The notes beneath the pieces are model-generated. The model had not been told where the DNA came from. It made no database searches and was given only the letters and a program-made list of their open reading frames with translations. Shown piece after piece: positions 10,669 to 22,800 of a DNA stretch of 64,000 nucleotides. Both the position numbers and the translations under genes were made by a program. The DNA comes from Azolla caroliniana (Eukaryota > Plantae > Polypodiophyta), in assembly GCA_043228905.1 (NCBI GenBank), contig JBHGNT010000011.1, positions 5,890,001 through 5,954,000 on the forward strand. Direction: 5' to 3'. The first letter of the stretch is position 1, and every line of letters begins with the position of its first letter.

Positions 10669-13622
10669 GCAAGCAACACCGACACCCATTCCCGAAAGAG
10701 TGAAACGTGAGCAAAGGTCTACTCAATGTAGTCCATTCCGACATATGGGGACCGGCGCAGACGGCTACATTCGGCGGATGCCGATATTACGTGCTCTTCA
10801 TTGACGACTTCTCTAGGCACACTTGGAGCTACCCGATGCGGCAAAAGAGCGAAGTATTCGGACACTTCCAAAATTTTAAGAATGAAGTCGAGAAAGCCAC
10901 AGGCTGACATGTACGATGCCTTCGATCGGATGGCAGCAAGGAGTACTTTTCGGACGATTTCACAACATATCTCTAAAAGGAAGGAATTCGGCGAGAATTC
11001 ACTTGCCGACACACTCCGCAACAAAACGGAGTAGCCGAGTGCAAAAATCGGCACATCCTCGAAGTAGCGCGGGCCATGATGAAGGAGAAGCATATGCCCA
11101 AGTCATATTCGGCCGAAGTTGCAAATACGGCCGTTTATCTAATGAACCGGTGCACAATATCCGACGTGCACGAGGTCACACCGCACGAAAAATACTTCGG
11201 AAAGAAGCCGGACTTATCGCACACCCGGATATTCGACGTGATAGCGTACGTGCAAATCCTCGACGAGAAGCGTCAAAAGCTTGACCCGAAGTTGGAGAAA
11301 TGTATCCTCATAGGATACTCATTGGAGCAAAAGGGGTACAAGTGCTATAACCCCTCAACTCGAAAATCTTGAGTAAGTTGAGATGTTGTTTTTGACGAGT
11401 CCGCATCTTGGTACGCACCAGAGACAACTCCAACTCCGACTCCGCTCGACCCGGAATTCGCCGAACAAGAGATCGAGGATGAAGATCGCCTTATGTGCAT
11501 ATTCGAAGAAAGTCTGATCACGACCCGATTGAGCAATCATGACCCGTGAAAAGAACCCCCTAAGTTGATTCGGGTACAACGATTATATGGTGTACCATTA
11601 CACCTTTATGATGAAGGTAGCGATAGTACGGGAGCCGGGAACCTTTTCGGAAGCCACGAAGAACCCGAGATGGATCGAAGCAATGAACGAGGAGATGCAG
11701 GCACTACGGAAGAACGAGACGTGGGATCGGATGTAGATGGATCTACAAGGTGAAGTATAACGCCGATGGCTCCGTAAACCGCGACAAAGCTCTACTCATT
11801 GCGAAAGGATATGCTCAGACGCATGGTGTTGACTACGAAGAGACCTTTGCCCCGGTGGCAAAGATGACGATGGTGCGGACCGTAATTGCGATTACCGCGG
11901 TGAAAGGGTGGCACCTCCATCAAATGGACGTCAAGAACGCCTTTCTACAAGGCGAATTAGAAGAGGAGGTGTACATGATCCAACCACCCGGCTTCAACTC
12001 GAGCACCCATCCGAAAGTTGTTTGCTGACTCAAGAAGCCACTCTACGGCCTCAAGCAAGCACCGCGTGCTTGGCATTCGAAGATAATGCAATATCTTCAT
12101 GAAATCGGCTTCCGTATGTCAAAATCGGACAACTCCCTCTACATACGAAGCGATTCCGCAAGTCCGATCGTCATCATTTTATATGTGGATAACCTAGTCA
12201 TTGGAGATGAGCACCCTCCTTTCCGACAAGTTCGAGATGACGAACATGAAGGAGCTCCACTACTTCCTTGGCATCGAGGTAATTCAGACTCCGGCCGGAA
12301 TCCTAATCTCTCAACGGCACTACATCCTCAACTTGTTATACAAGTTCCGGATGGCTAAGCGCAAATCCGTGGCAACCCCACTCGATCGTAATCTCAAACT
12401 AGATGCGAACTCCGGCACCAAAGCGTGTGAGCCGACTCAATATCGGCAACTCATCGGGAGTCTCATCTACCTCATCATCCCTCGACCCGATCTCAGTTAT
12501 CCGGTCGGTCTCCTTAGCCAATTCATGCAAACACTGCGTGATACTCACTTGGATTGCGCTAAGCGAGTTCTACGATACGTGAGCGGCACAATGGATTGCG
12601 GCATCCTCTACAAAACCGCGATGCCAATACGACTCGAGGGGTACATAGACGCCGATTGGGCCGGCTACAAAGCCGATAGAAGATCAACCTCCGGATTTGT
12701 TTTCTCCCTCGGCATCGGAGCAATATCCTAGAGTAGCAAGAAGCAGCCTACCGTCACTCTTTCGAGTACGGAGGCGGAATATAGGGGTGCAACCGTAGCT
12801 GCATGTGAAACCGTATGGCTCAAGAGGATTTTGAAGGATCTGGGTGTACCCATCAAGGATCCGACTTCCCTTTACTGCGACAACATGAGCAATATCTATC
12901 TGGCTCGGAACTCGGTGTTCCACGCGCAGACAAAGCACATCGAAGTGCACTATCACTTCATCCGAGAGCGCGTTTTGGCTAGCGATGTCGACCTACAACA
13001 CATTAGCACCAATCTTCAAACGGCCGACATCTTCACTAAAGCCTTAGGAGCCGACAAGCTATGGCAATTCATGACCGATCTTGGATTAACGATCCCTGAC
13101 CTGCCAAGCTTGAGGGGGAGTACTAAAGACACTACGCAATAACGCGTGGATTCCGCAACCATGCAACGAAGCAGCAAAGAGCCAATTTACCGCGCAAAGC
13201 CGCGAAGAAAGACGCAAGCCGAAGCACAGAGTTCGCAACTACACACGCAAGCCGAAGCACGGACTTTGTACCTACGCACAACGCAAGTTGGAGCACGGAT
13301 TCTGCAACTCCGCATAAAGCGAGCCGACGTGAGTCGACGAGGACTCCGGAATGCGAGTTGAAGCGGATTTCGGATACCGTCTAAAACCGACCCGACTTGA
13401 GCTTGAGGGGGCATGTTGAGAATCAAGCTCAACTTGGTGTAGTGTGTGAACTCACCTTGAGAGTGACGAGACACTCCAACGGTCAAGAGTCACCATTATG
13501 TCACCACTTTGTATTCTAGCATTTAGTATGAGTCATAGAATCATAGTCTATGACACATAACTTATGAGCTTTCACATTCCCCATGCTCCATGAGGCTTGT
13601 AGTTAATGAAGAGAGAGGGTGA
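10669..13622 (+). mobile_element. Degenerate Ty1/copia (family A/D): IN-RT-RH and truncated 3' LTR
   Basis: [16 protein letters not shown] and YCDNMS motifs; PPT then LTR TGTTGAGAATCAAGCTC from 13414, broken off at ~13622. Confidence 0.88.
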
Positions 13623-13646
13623 GCAAACAAGAATATGGAGTCTTTT

Positions 13647-14298
13647 CTCTTCCTTTGTACGATATGGAGTCTGTGAGCAAACAAGAATATATGCGCGTCT
13701 TTTCTGAGCTTGACATGCTCACAAATAAATTTGTGGCACTAGAGCAAGAAAATCAAAGACTACTCGGGGACCTACAACATGTGAGTACCAAGAAAGCGCA
13801 ACAATATGAAGAGTTGTCACAACGGGTTCGCCAACTCGAGGTTACTATATTATCATTACGAGAACAAGCGTTGGGGGTTCAAAACTACCCCAAAGAACCG
13901 AAGATTAGCCTCGTTGCTAAGTTTGATGGTACGAGGTCTCTATTTCGATGCTTTTTGAATCAAGTACGTTTGGTCATTCAACTACATCCTAATTGATATC
14001 TGTTGAAAATCAAGCTCAACTTGGTCTAGTGTGTGAACTCACCTTGAGAGTGAAGAGACACTCCAACGGTCAAGAGTTACCATTATGTCACCACTTTGTA
14101 TTCTAGCATTTAGTATGAGTCATAGAATCATATTTTATGACACAACTTATGAGCTTTCACATTCCCCATGCTCCACGAGGCTTGTAGTTAATGAAGAGAG
14201 AGGGTGACTACATAAAGCACCCTCCTCCCACCTTGTATTATGTTGAGTCTTTCTCCTTTGTCAATACACTTTTACCTTGCGTATTCTCTGTGTTTCAC

Positions 14299-14335
<37 letters not shown>

Positions 14336-14435
14336 CACACACACATAACTCACATCTCTTCCGCTTCACAAGAATCCATCTCTTGATTCTTTACAATATC
14401 CAACGGAATCTGCTCGTGTGGGATTAGTAGGAACC
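13647..14435 (+). repeat. Direct duplication copy 2 (continues into the rest of gag)
   Basis: Matches 2405-3189; contains solo LTR 14001-14395 with ATATC TSD. Confidence 0.92.
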
Positions 14436-16242
14436 TTGCTAAGTGGTACGGCACTAGCATGGTTTGCTCCACTCCTCGAGAAGAAGTCACCGTTGTTGTC
14501 GGATTTTGAGGCATTTGTTAAGGAGCTTCAGAGATACTGACAACACTAAGACCGCAATAAACAAGATTCGAAGGCTCCTGTTACCCGTTCCTTTGGGTGA
14601 ACACCTTCGATAGATCTGCGTATATTGGTCTTCAAAGGCGTGGTACGTGAAGGCTTGTAACAGAGGCGTCGAGAGAGATACAGGGCTAAGAGAGAAAACA
14701 CTAGCGAGGTCTTGATAGACGTGGCGGTGTAAAACTCATAGGTATGGATCAAAGCACAGACTCATGAAGCAAAAATAGGCACAAATAAGATATATTACTA
14801 TGACATAAAAGATTACAGAACACGGCCTATGGCCGGTGACCTTACGAGTTTATCTAATTACGAATGACTAAGCTAGTTCTTCCGCCTATAGTTTTCTTCT
14901 CTCCCTTCTCTGAGGTACTGGTCCTTGTTTAAATAACTTTTCCCCTAATACACAGCCGAGCAGTCGATGGCCCGTGATACTCGGACTCGGCGTTTGCTAA
15001 TTTCCTAATTTTACATTTCTGTCCTCTGGACAACAGCTCCAACAAGGAGATCGTCCCGCGTCGGCTTACGTAGTCAATTTCCGTCTCTTGGCATGCGATA
15101 TCCCTTGGGATGAGGCGGCTCTAATGGATCAATTTCGTCAAGGTCTGCGTAATGATGTCAAAGATCTTCTTCTTACCTTTCATGAAGATCCGAAATTTCT
15201 TACAGAGGCAATTAGTCGAGCTGTGCGTTGTGATAATCGCCTCTTTGAGCGACGCTCAGAGCGCCAACAAATGTTGCACCGTCAACCGGATCAAACGTAC
15301 GCTTCTATAGTCGCAACGCCTCCACTAGTCTCAAGACCCATTACGAGGGATGGCCTAACTCCAATGGAAATAGAGTCAACAAAACGTCGGGGGCCCTTAT
15401 CGGATGCTGAGAAGCAACAACGTCGAGCACACCGCTTATGTCTATATTGTGGGGGTTTAGGACATATAGATGTGAATTGTCCGCATAAGCCTAGACGCCA
15501 AGCATACCAAGTAAGTGGACAAGAAAACCCTATTCAAGTTCCGTTATTACTTCTAATAACATAATTAAGCCTAGTAGTCCATGCCATGAGAATAGATTCG
15601 AGGTCTTGAGCCAATTAGAGAATGTGTTAAAGGAGTAAGTCCGGCCAAAATAGGAGCCATTTGGTTGGACAACCCTAGATATGTAGAGTTAGTTCCTAGT
15701 CGTGGTTCCATTTCATCAAATCAAGTTAGTCGAGTTTTTTCTGCACAAGTTGAGCTTAGCACAACTATATGTCATCGAGTCCTAGCCTCTGCCCTATTAG
15801 ATTCTGGAGCCAACTCTTGTTTCATGGATCGTAAGTTTGCATTGACACAAAACATCCACTTGAATAGCCTCCCGAACCCAGTATCCGTAGAAGTCATCAA
15901 TGGTCGTCCTATAGCATCAGGTGATATAGTCGAATAGTCTGAGCCAATTCGTGTAGTTCTTGGTGATTTGGCAAGTATAATCTCTTTCAACATTATTCGT
16001 AGTCCAGAACACCCAATTAGTTCTAGGTCTCCCTTGGTTTGAACTACATAACCCAAAGATTGATTGGATGGATCCCATAAGAACAATTGAGGAATCCCAA
16101 GAAAAAAGAACTACACTCGCATCCCTCAACACTCCAAAATTTGATACTGGGTCCCATAAGTTATCAACCATCTCTCTCCATCAGTTACGTGAGGAAGGGG
16201 GGAACGAGGACATGTTCGTTTTTGCAATCATAGCAACTCCAT
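13664..16242 (+). pseudogene. gag: Chromovirus gag and aspartic protease (interrupted by two solo LTRs)
   Basis: PKISLVAKFDGTRSLFRCFLNQV, GTALAWF, WDEAALMDQFRQGL, PMEIES, CLYCGGLGHIDVNC knuckle, ALLDSGANSCFMD. Confidence 0.9.
14579..15035. repeat. Solo LTR (457 bp)
   Basis: TGTTACC...GGACAACA with perfect TSD GCTCC; gag resumes after removal. Confidence 0.9.
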
Positions 16243-19200
16243 TGTAAACGATTACTTGCGGAAGCATTAGAAAACAGAGAAAGCAGAGAATACACAGATT
16301 ACACGGGAGAGACAGAGAGAGCAGAACGTAAAAGCTATATTCAAAACAATATAATCACTCTGTGTATACAACTATGCTCAGTAGCACTATTTATACAAGT
16401 CCTCGTGGGACTGACAAAAGTACCGCGTACTTCAATGCACACATGAGCATCTGACACTTACTACGAGACTATAACTCCCTAGTAGTCTAAACTAATACTA
16501 GGCTTCCGGTTACCGATTGGATCCGGCTAACCGGCTCCCCAACTCACCAGCTCTGTTGCTTGCCGGCTCGGTTGCTCACCGGCTTACCGATCCGTCTTGC
16601 TCACCGTCTTACCGATCCATCTTGCTCACCGGCTCAGGCATATCCAGCCGATCCGGCTCCAGTTGAGCTTGCCGCTCAACACTCCTCCTCAAGCTCAACT
16701 TGAGGTTGGATCCTAGTGTCAGCCTCTGTGGCAGTCGGTTCTTCCAACTGACTTCTCCTGGCGTCGCTCCGCCTTGCTCGCGCTCCTCGTTCGGTTCGGT
16801 TCGGTTGGCCGCGACCCCTCTTGTTCTGCGCATCTCGACCTCCTCGATCGGCTTGTCTGCTGAACAAGCCCAATTCAGCTCCCTTGCTGCTGTGACTTTG
16901 GCGCGTTCCGGTTCGCCGATTCCTTCGTGTTGACGTCGACTTTCGCTGCCTTCTCATCCTCTTGGCCTTGAATTGATTTGGTTCTTCCGAATCTGTTTAT
17001 TGAACTGAATCGACTGTCTCTGATTTGTTCCAGGTCTTGTCCAAATTGGTTGCTCCCGATTCGTCTTTTGGTTCCAAGCCCTTCACAACATCGGACCATG
17101 TCCAAGTCTTGGCCTTCTTCTTTCGGTTGGCTCTAGCCTTCTTGACTCTACCACTGCTGCCGTTTGTTCCGACCTGTTTGGACGTGTCGACTTCCCTTGT
17201 CGACTTGGCTCCTTTCTTCTTCTTGACTCCCTTCGTTGGTTCTTCCCTCACCGGCGCAATCGGCAGTGTCTTTGCCTTTGCCCATTTTGGTGTCTTTGCC
17301 TGTTCTCCCCCTCAAGTCTGGCACGTCGAGATGCTGAACACCAAGCATTTCAGTGAAGTGCTGCAACTTGTCCGATTCGAGTGGTTTGGTGAAGATGTTG
17401 GCAACTTACCGATCCGTGTGAACATACCAAAGTTCGATCTCACCGCTCAGGACACGCTCACGCACGAAGTGATAGTGCACTTCTATGTGCTTTGCGAGCA
17501 TGGAATACGAGGTTCTTGGCGAGTTGCATGTTGCTTATGTTGTCGCAGTAGACTAGAATCGGGGTCAGTACCTCGATCCGTATGTCTTGCAGCAGTCGCC
17601 GAAGCCAAATGGCTTCACAGGTGGCAATGGTAGCGCCCCGATACTCGGCCTCAGTGCTCGACAAAGCAACTGTTGGCTGCTTTTTGCTATTTGAGGGGCT
17701 TGCTTCCGGCCGTACAACGACTTCTTCAGCCGGCATACCGCCGACTTGTTCATCTCCGATTGAAAACTGGGAGGCTGAGTCATAAAGATTTCTTCCTCAA
17801 GATCACCCTGAAGAAACGCATTCTTCACATCCATCTGGTGAAGATGCCACCCCCTTGCTGCAGCAACCGCGAGCACCACACGAACCGTCGTCATCTTCGC
17901 TACTGGAGCGAAGGTCTCGTCGTAGTCGATTCCGTGGGTCTGCGCGTATCCCTTCGTCACTAACCGGGCATTGTACCGGTTAACTTAACCGGCGGCGTTG
18001 TACTTTACCTTGTACGCTCACTTGCATCCAATCGGTTTTACAGTGACGGGGAGGGTCAACTAGGTCCCATGTCTTGTTGACATCAAGTGCCCGCATTTCT
18101 TCCTCCATAGCGGCACGCCAATTTGCGTCTTTTGCCGCTTCTGCATAGCTCTCCGGCTCACGCACTTCTGCCACCTTAGTCATGTATGCATAGTGATGCG
18201 CCATGTACTCATTGTACCCGTACCGCTTGATGGGATCCTTTTGATGGGTGGACTGGCGTAACTCACCGTTACCCGGCTTGAGGCCCTTCTTGGCCGGTTC
18301 GGTCTTCGTTGCCGAAGATCTGCCTTTCTCCTTGCCGGAGTCGGATGCACTCTGATCCGACTCATCGTTGACGGTTTCGAATTCCGGCATCTTTTTCTTC
18401 CCTTTCTCTTTGCGCGTGAACCGTCTCCTCGGTTCCTTGCGCGGGGAGAGCACGACAGAGTCTCCACTACTTGCCGGTTCCTCATCGGACTGGTCAGATT
18501 GACTCAGTCTCTCATTCGGCCCGCTCAACCGAAACGATTCCGGACTCTCATCCTGAGTCCACGCTTCATCATCATCTACCTGGGCCGGTTCAGGCTCACT
18601 AGCCTCATCCTCCGGCATCGGGTCGGATTCGGAAGTTGGAGCCAGTAAGGAGTACCACGATGCCGATTCATCGAACTCGACATCTCGACTAACTTGGACC
18701 TGCTTTGTCCGGGGGTTATAACATGTTGAGCGGCAAGCTCAACTGGAGCTGGATCAACTGAATAGGCCTGAGCCGGCAAGTGAGACGGATCGGTAAGCCC
18801 TGAGCAACGAGCTGGCAAGCAACAGAGCCGGTGAGCTGGGCAAGCCGGTTAGCCAGATCCAATCGGTAACCGGAAGCCTAATATAGTTTAGACTACTAGG
18901 CAATTATAGTGTCGTAGTAAGTGTCAGAAGCTCGTGTGAGCATTAAAGTACGCGGTACTTCTGTCAGTCCCATGAGGACTTGTATAAATAGTGCTATTGA
19001 GCACGGTTGTAGGTTACAGAGTGATTATATTGTTTTGAATATAACTTTTACGTTTTGCTCTCTCTGTCTCTCCCGTGTACTCTTTGTATTCTCTACTTTC
19101 TCTGTTTTCTAACGCTTCCACAAGTAATTGTTTACATGGTATCAAACCGCGAGGGTTGAGAACCTCTTTAGTCTACAAACGCTTGAAAGCAAACCCTAAC

Positions 19201-22200
19201 AGGTCGTAAGAACAACAGACAGAGAAGTGATGGATAGAGGGATGGCTAGCTCGTTCCCTATGGAGAAACTCGACAGATCCAACTATGCATCTTGGTCGTA
19301 TAAGATGCACCAGTACCTGCTTGGGCATGGCTACTGGAGTTTCGTCGAAGGAGGCAACGAAACAGCACCTTATGCGGCACATAAGGACTTCCCAGTGTGG
19401 GAACAATCGGCAAGCAGAGTGATGTACTGCTTTGCGTCCAGTGTAGGAGACCCGCTGCTGAGCTACATCCGAGATGCCAAGACGCCGAAGGAGGCTTGGG
19501 GGAATCTTAAGAAGGTTTTCACCATGCGCACTACAGCCCGAAAGCTGCAACTCCGACAGGAGTTGAGCAATGTCAGACAGAAGGACATTTCGGTGGCGGA
19601 TTACACGGCCCGGATCAAAGAGATCTGTAACTCGCTTGCCTCTATCAATGTTATCGTAGAGGAAGACGAGATGGTACAAGTCTGTCTTGGGGGCCTGGCG
19701 TCTAAGTTCAGAGCATTCCGAACGGCGGTGTGTACAAGGGAGCTACACAGAAGCGGCAAAGGACACAAATTGGCATGCCGCTATTGATGAACAAATGCGG
19801 GCACTCATTGCTAACGAGACATGGAACCTGGTTGACCCTCCTCGTCACTGTAAACCGATCCGATGCAAGTAGGTGTACAAAGTAAAGTACAACGCTGACG
19901 GTTCAGTTAACCGGTACAAGGCCTGGTTAGTGGCGAAGGGATATGCGCAGACCCACGGAATCAACTACGACGAGACCTTCGCTACTGTAGCGAAGATGAC
20001 GACGGTTCGAGTGGTGCTGGTGGTTTCTGCGGCAAGGGGATGGCATCTTGATCAGATGGATGTGAAGAATGCATTTCTTCAAGGTGATCTTGAAGAAGAA
20101 GTATTTATGGCTCAGCCTCCCGGTTTTCAATCGAAGATGAACAAGTCGGTTGTATGCCGGCTGAAGAAGTCGTTGTACAGCCTGAAGCAAGCCCCTCGAG
20201 CTTTGAATGCGAAGATCACGCACCAGTTACGTAAGATGGGGTTTGTGGCCTCCAAATCGGACTCTTCATTTTTCATCCGGCAAGGCTCAGGCGGTCCGGT
20301 ATGTATACTACTGTATGTTGACGATCTAGTCATCACCAGACCAGGTGTTCCAAAAATCAACCGCGTCAAGTCCTAGTTGTCGGACGCATTTGAGATGAAG
20401 GATCTGGGGGACCTTCATTATTTTCTAGGGATTGAGGTGATCCGAATCCCGGATGGCATATTGCTCTCACAACAACATTACGTCTTGAATATGCTGTACA
20501 AGTTCGGCATGACAGAATGTCGACCTGTCTCCACACCCTTGGACCGGAACCAAAAGCTTCGTCCCAACTCCGGACCGGCCTGCAATGAGCAACGGTTCCG
20601 ACAAATTGTCGGAAGCCTTATTTACTTGACTATCATGTGACCCGACATCAACTATCCAGTCGGAATGATAAGTCAGTTTATGCAGAAGCCGACCGTGGAG
20701 CACCTTCAGTGCGCGCAGCGAAACGAAGGACCGGGGACTGTTATACCGGCGCGGTATACTTGAAAAGTTGGTCGGTTACACAGATGCCGACTGGGCTGGC
20801 GATGCGTCAGATCGCCGATCAACCTCCAGTTACATGTTTTCCCTAGGTAGCGCGGCTGTTGCGTGGAGCAGCAAAAAGCAGCCAATAGTTGCTCTGTCGA
20901 GCACTGAGGCTAAGTATCAGGGCGCTACCATTGCCACCTGTGAAGCCATTTGGCTTCGGTGACTGCTGCAAGACCTACGGATCGAGGGACCGACCCCGAT
21001 TCTGCTCTACTGCGACAACATAAGCAGCATGCAACTCGCCAAGAACCCCGTATTCCATGCTCGCACAAAACACATAGAAGTGCACTATCACTTCGTGCGT
21101 GAGCGTGTCCTAAGCGGTGAGGTTGAACTTCGGTATGTTCACACGGATCGGCAAGTTGCCGACATCTTCAGCATCTCGACATGCCACGCTTGAGGGGGAG
21201 AACGGGCAAAGACACCGGAACGGGCAAAGGCAATGTGACTGCCAATTGCGCCGGTGAAGGAAGAACAGAAGGCGGAAGAGTCAAGAAGGACAGAGCCGAT
21301 CGAAGGAAGAAGGCCAAGACCCGGACATGGTCCGATGTGGTGAAGGGCTTGGAACCAGAAGACGAATCGGGAGCAACCGATTTGGACAAGAGCTAGAACG
21401 AATCGGAGACAGTCGATTCGGTTCAAAAGACAGATTTGGAAGAACTAGATCAATTCAAGGCCAAGCAGACACGGATGCAGCGGAAGTCAATAAGCGCCGG
21501 AGTCATAGCAGCGAAGGAGCTGAGAGGGGCCTATTGAGCAGACATACCGACTGAGAAGGTCGAGGCGCACAAAACAAGAGGGATCGCGGCAAACAGAACC
21601 GAACTGGACGAGGAGCGCGAGCAAGGCGGAGCGACGCCAGGAGAAGTTGGTTGGAAGAACCGACTGCCACAGAGACTGACACTAGGATCCAACCTCAAGT
21701 TGAGCTTGACGGGGAGTGTTGAGCGGCAAGCTCAACTGGAGCCGGATCGGCTGAATAGGCCTAAGCCGGCAAGCGAGACGGATCGGTAAGCCGTGAGGAA
21801 CGGAGCCGGCAAGCAATAGAGCCGGTGAGCCATATCCAATCGGTAACCGGAAGCCTAGTATTAGTTTAGACTACTAGGCAATTATAGTCTCGTAGTAAGT
21901 GTCAGAAGCTCATGTGAGCATTGAAGTACGTGGTACTTCTGTCAATCCCATGAGGACTTGTATATGAAGGGAACCGCACGCTCCCTATACGCAACCTTCG
22001 GCCACAACCGAGCTTAGAATCATACACAGAGAAACGGGAAAGAAAGCACGATGAGAAGAAGAGAAGAGTACACAAGATGTTTACGTGGAAAACCCAAACT
22101 AAGGGAAAAACCATGGGAGCCCACAGGTTGCAAACTATCACTATGTTAGAATGTACAACAATGAGTTCACGGAGGCAACAACCTCGTGCTCACGATCCTC

Positions 22201-22435
22201 GCCACAGGCGGCGGTTACAACAGAGGCAACGACCTCTTTCTCTCTCTCTCTCTATCTGTACACTGTTATGCGCTCGCTCTTTTCTTGCACCAACAAGAAA
22301 TGGCAACAACAACAACTAAAGCTTGCCCTAAGTCATATTTTTACTAATATGACTTTTCGGCTATTTACAAATATAGCCTCGATGGACTCTCAGAAACATA
22401 TTTACGAATATGTCTCTTCATCCGGTGAGCATTCC

Positions 22436-22800
22436 TCACCGGGTCTACACCATCCGGCTCTCCGTAGCCGGGTACTCCTCATCCGGTCTTCACCGGGTCT
22501 GCACCATCCCGCTCTCCGTAGCCGGGTACTCCTCATCCGGTCTTCACCGGGTCTGCACCATCCGGCTCTCCGTAGCCGGGTACTCCTCATCCGGTTCTTC
22601 ACCGAGTCTGCACCATCCGGCTATCCGTAGCCGGGTACTCCTCATCCGGTTCTCACCGGGTCTGCACCATCCGGCTCTCCGTAGCCGGGTACTCCTCATC
22701 CGGTTCTCACCGGGTCTGCACCATCCGGCTCTCCGTAGCCGGGTACTCCTCATCCGGTTCTCACCGGGTCTGCACCATCCGGCTCTCCGTAGCAGGGTAC
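22436..22800. repeat. 54-bp tandem repeat (~7 copies) in U3 of the element G LTR
   Basis: Unit TCACCGGGTCTGCACCATCCGGCTCTCCGTAGCCGGGTACTCCTCATCCGGTTC; shows as an 18-aa periodicity in the ORF track. Confidence 0.92.
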
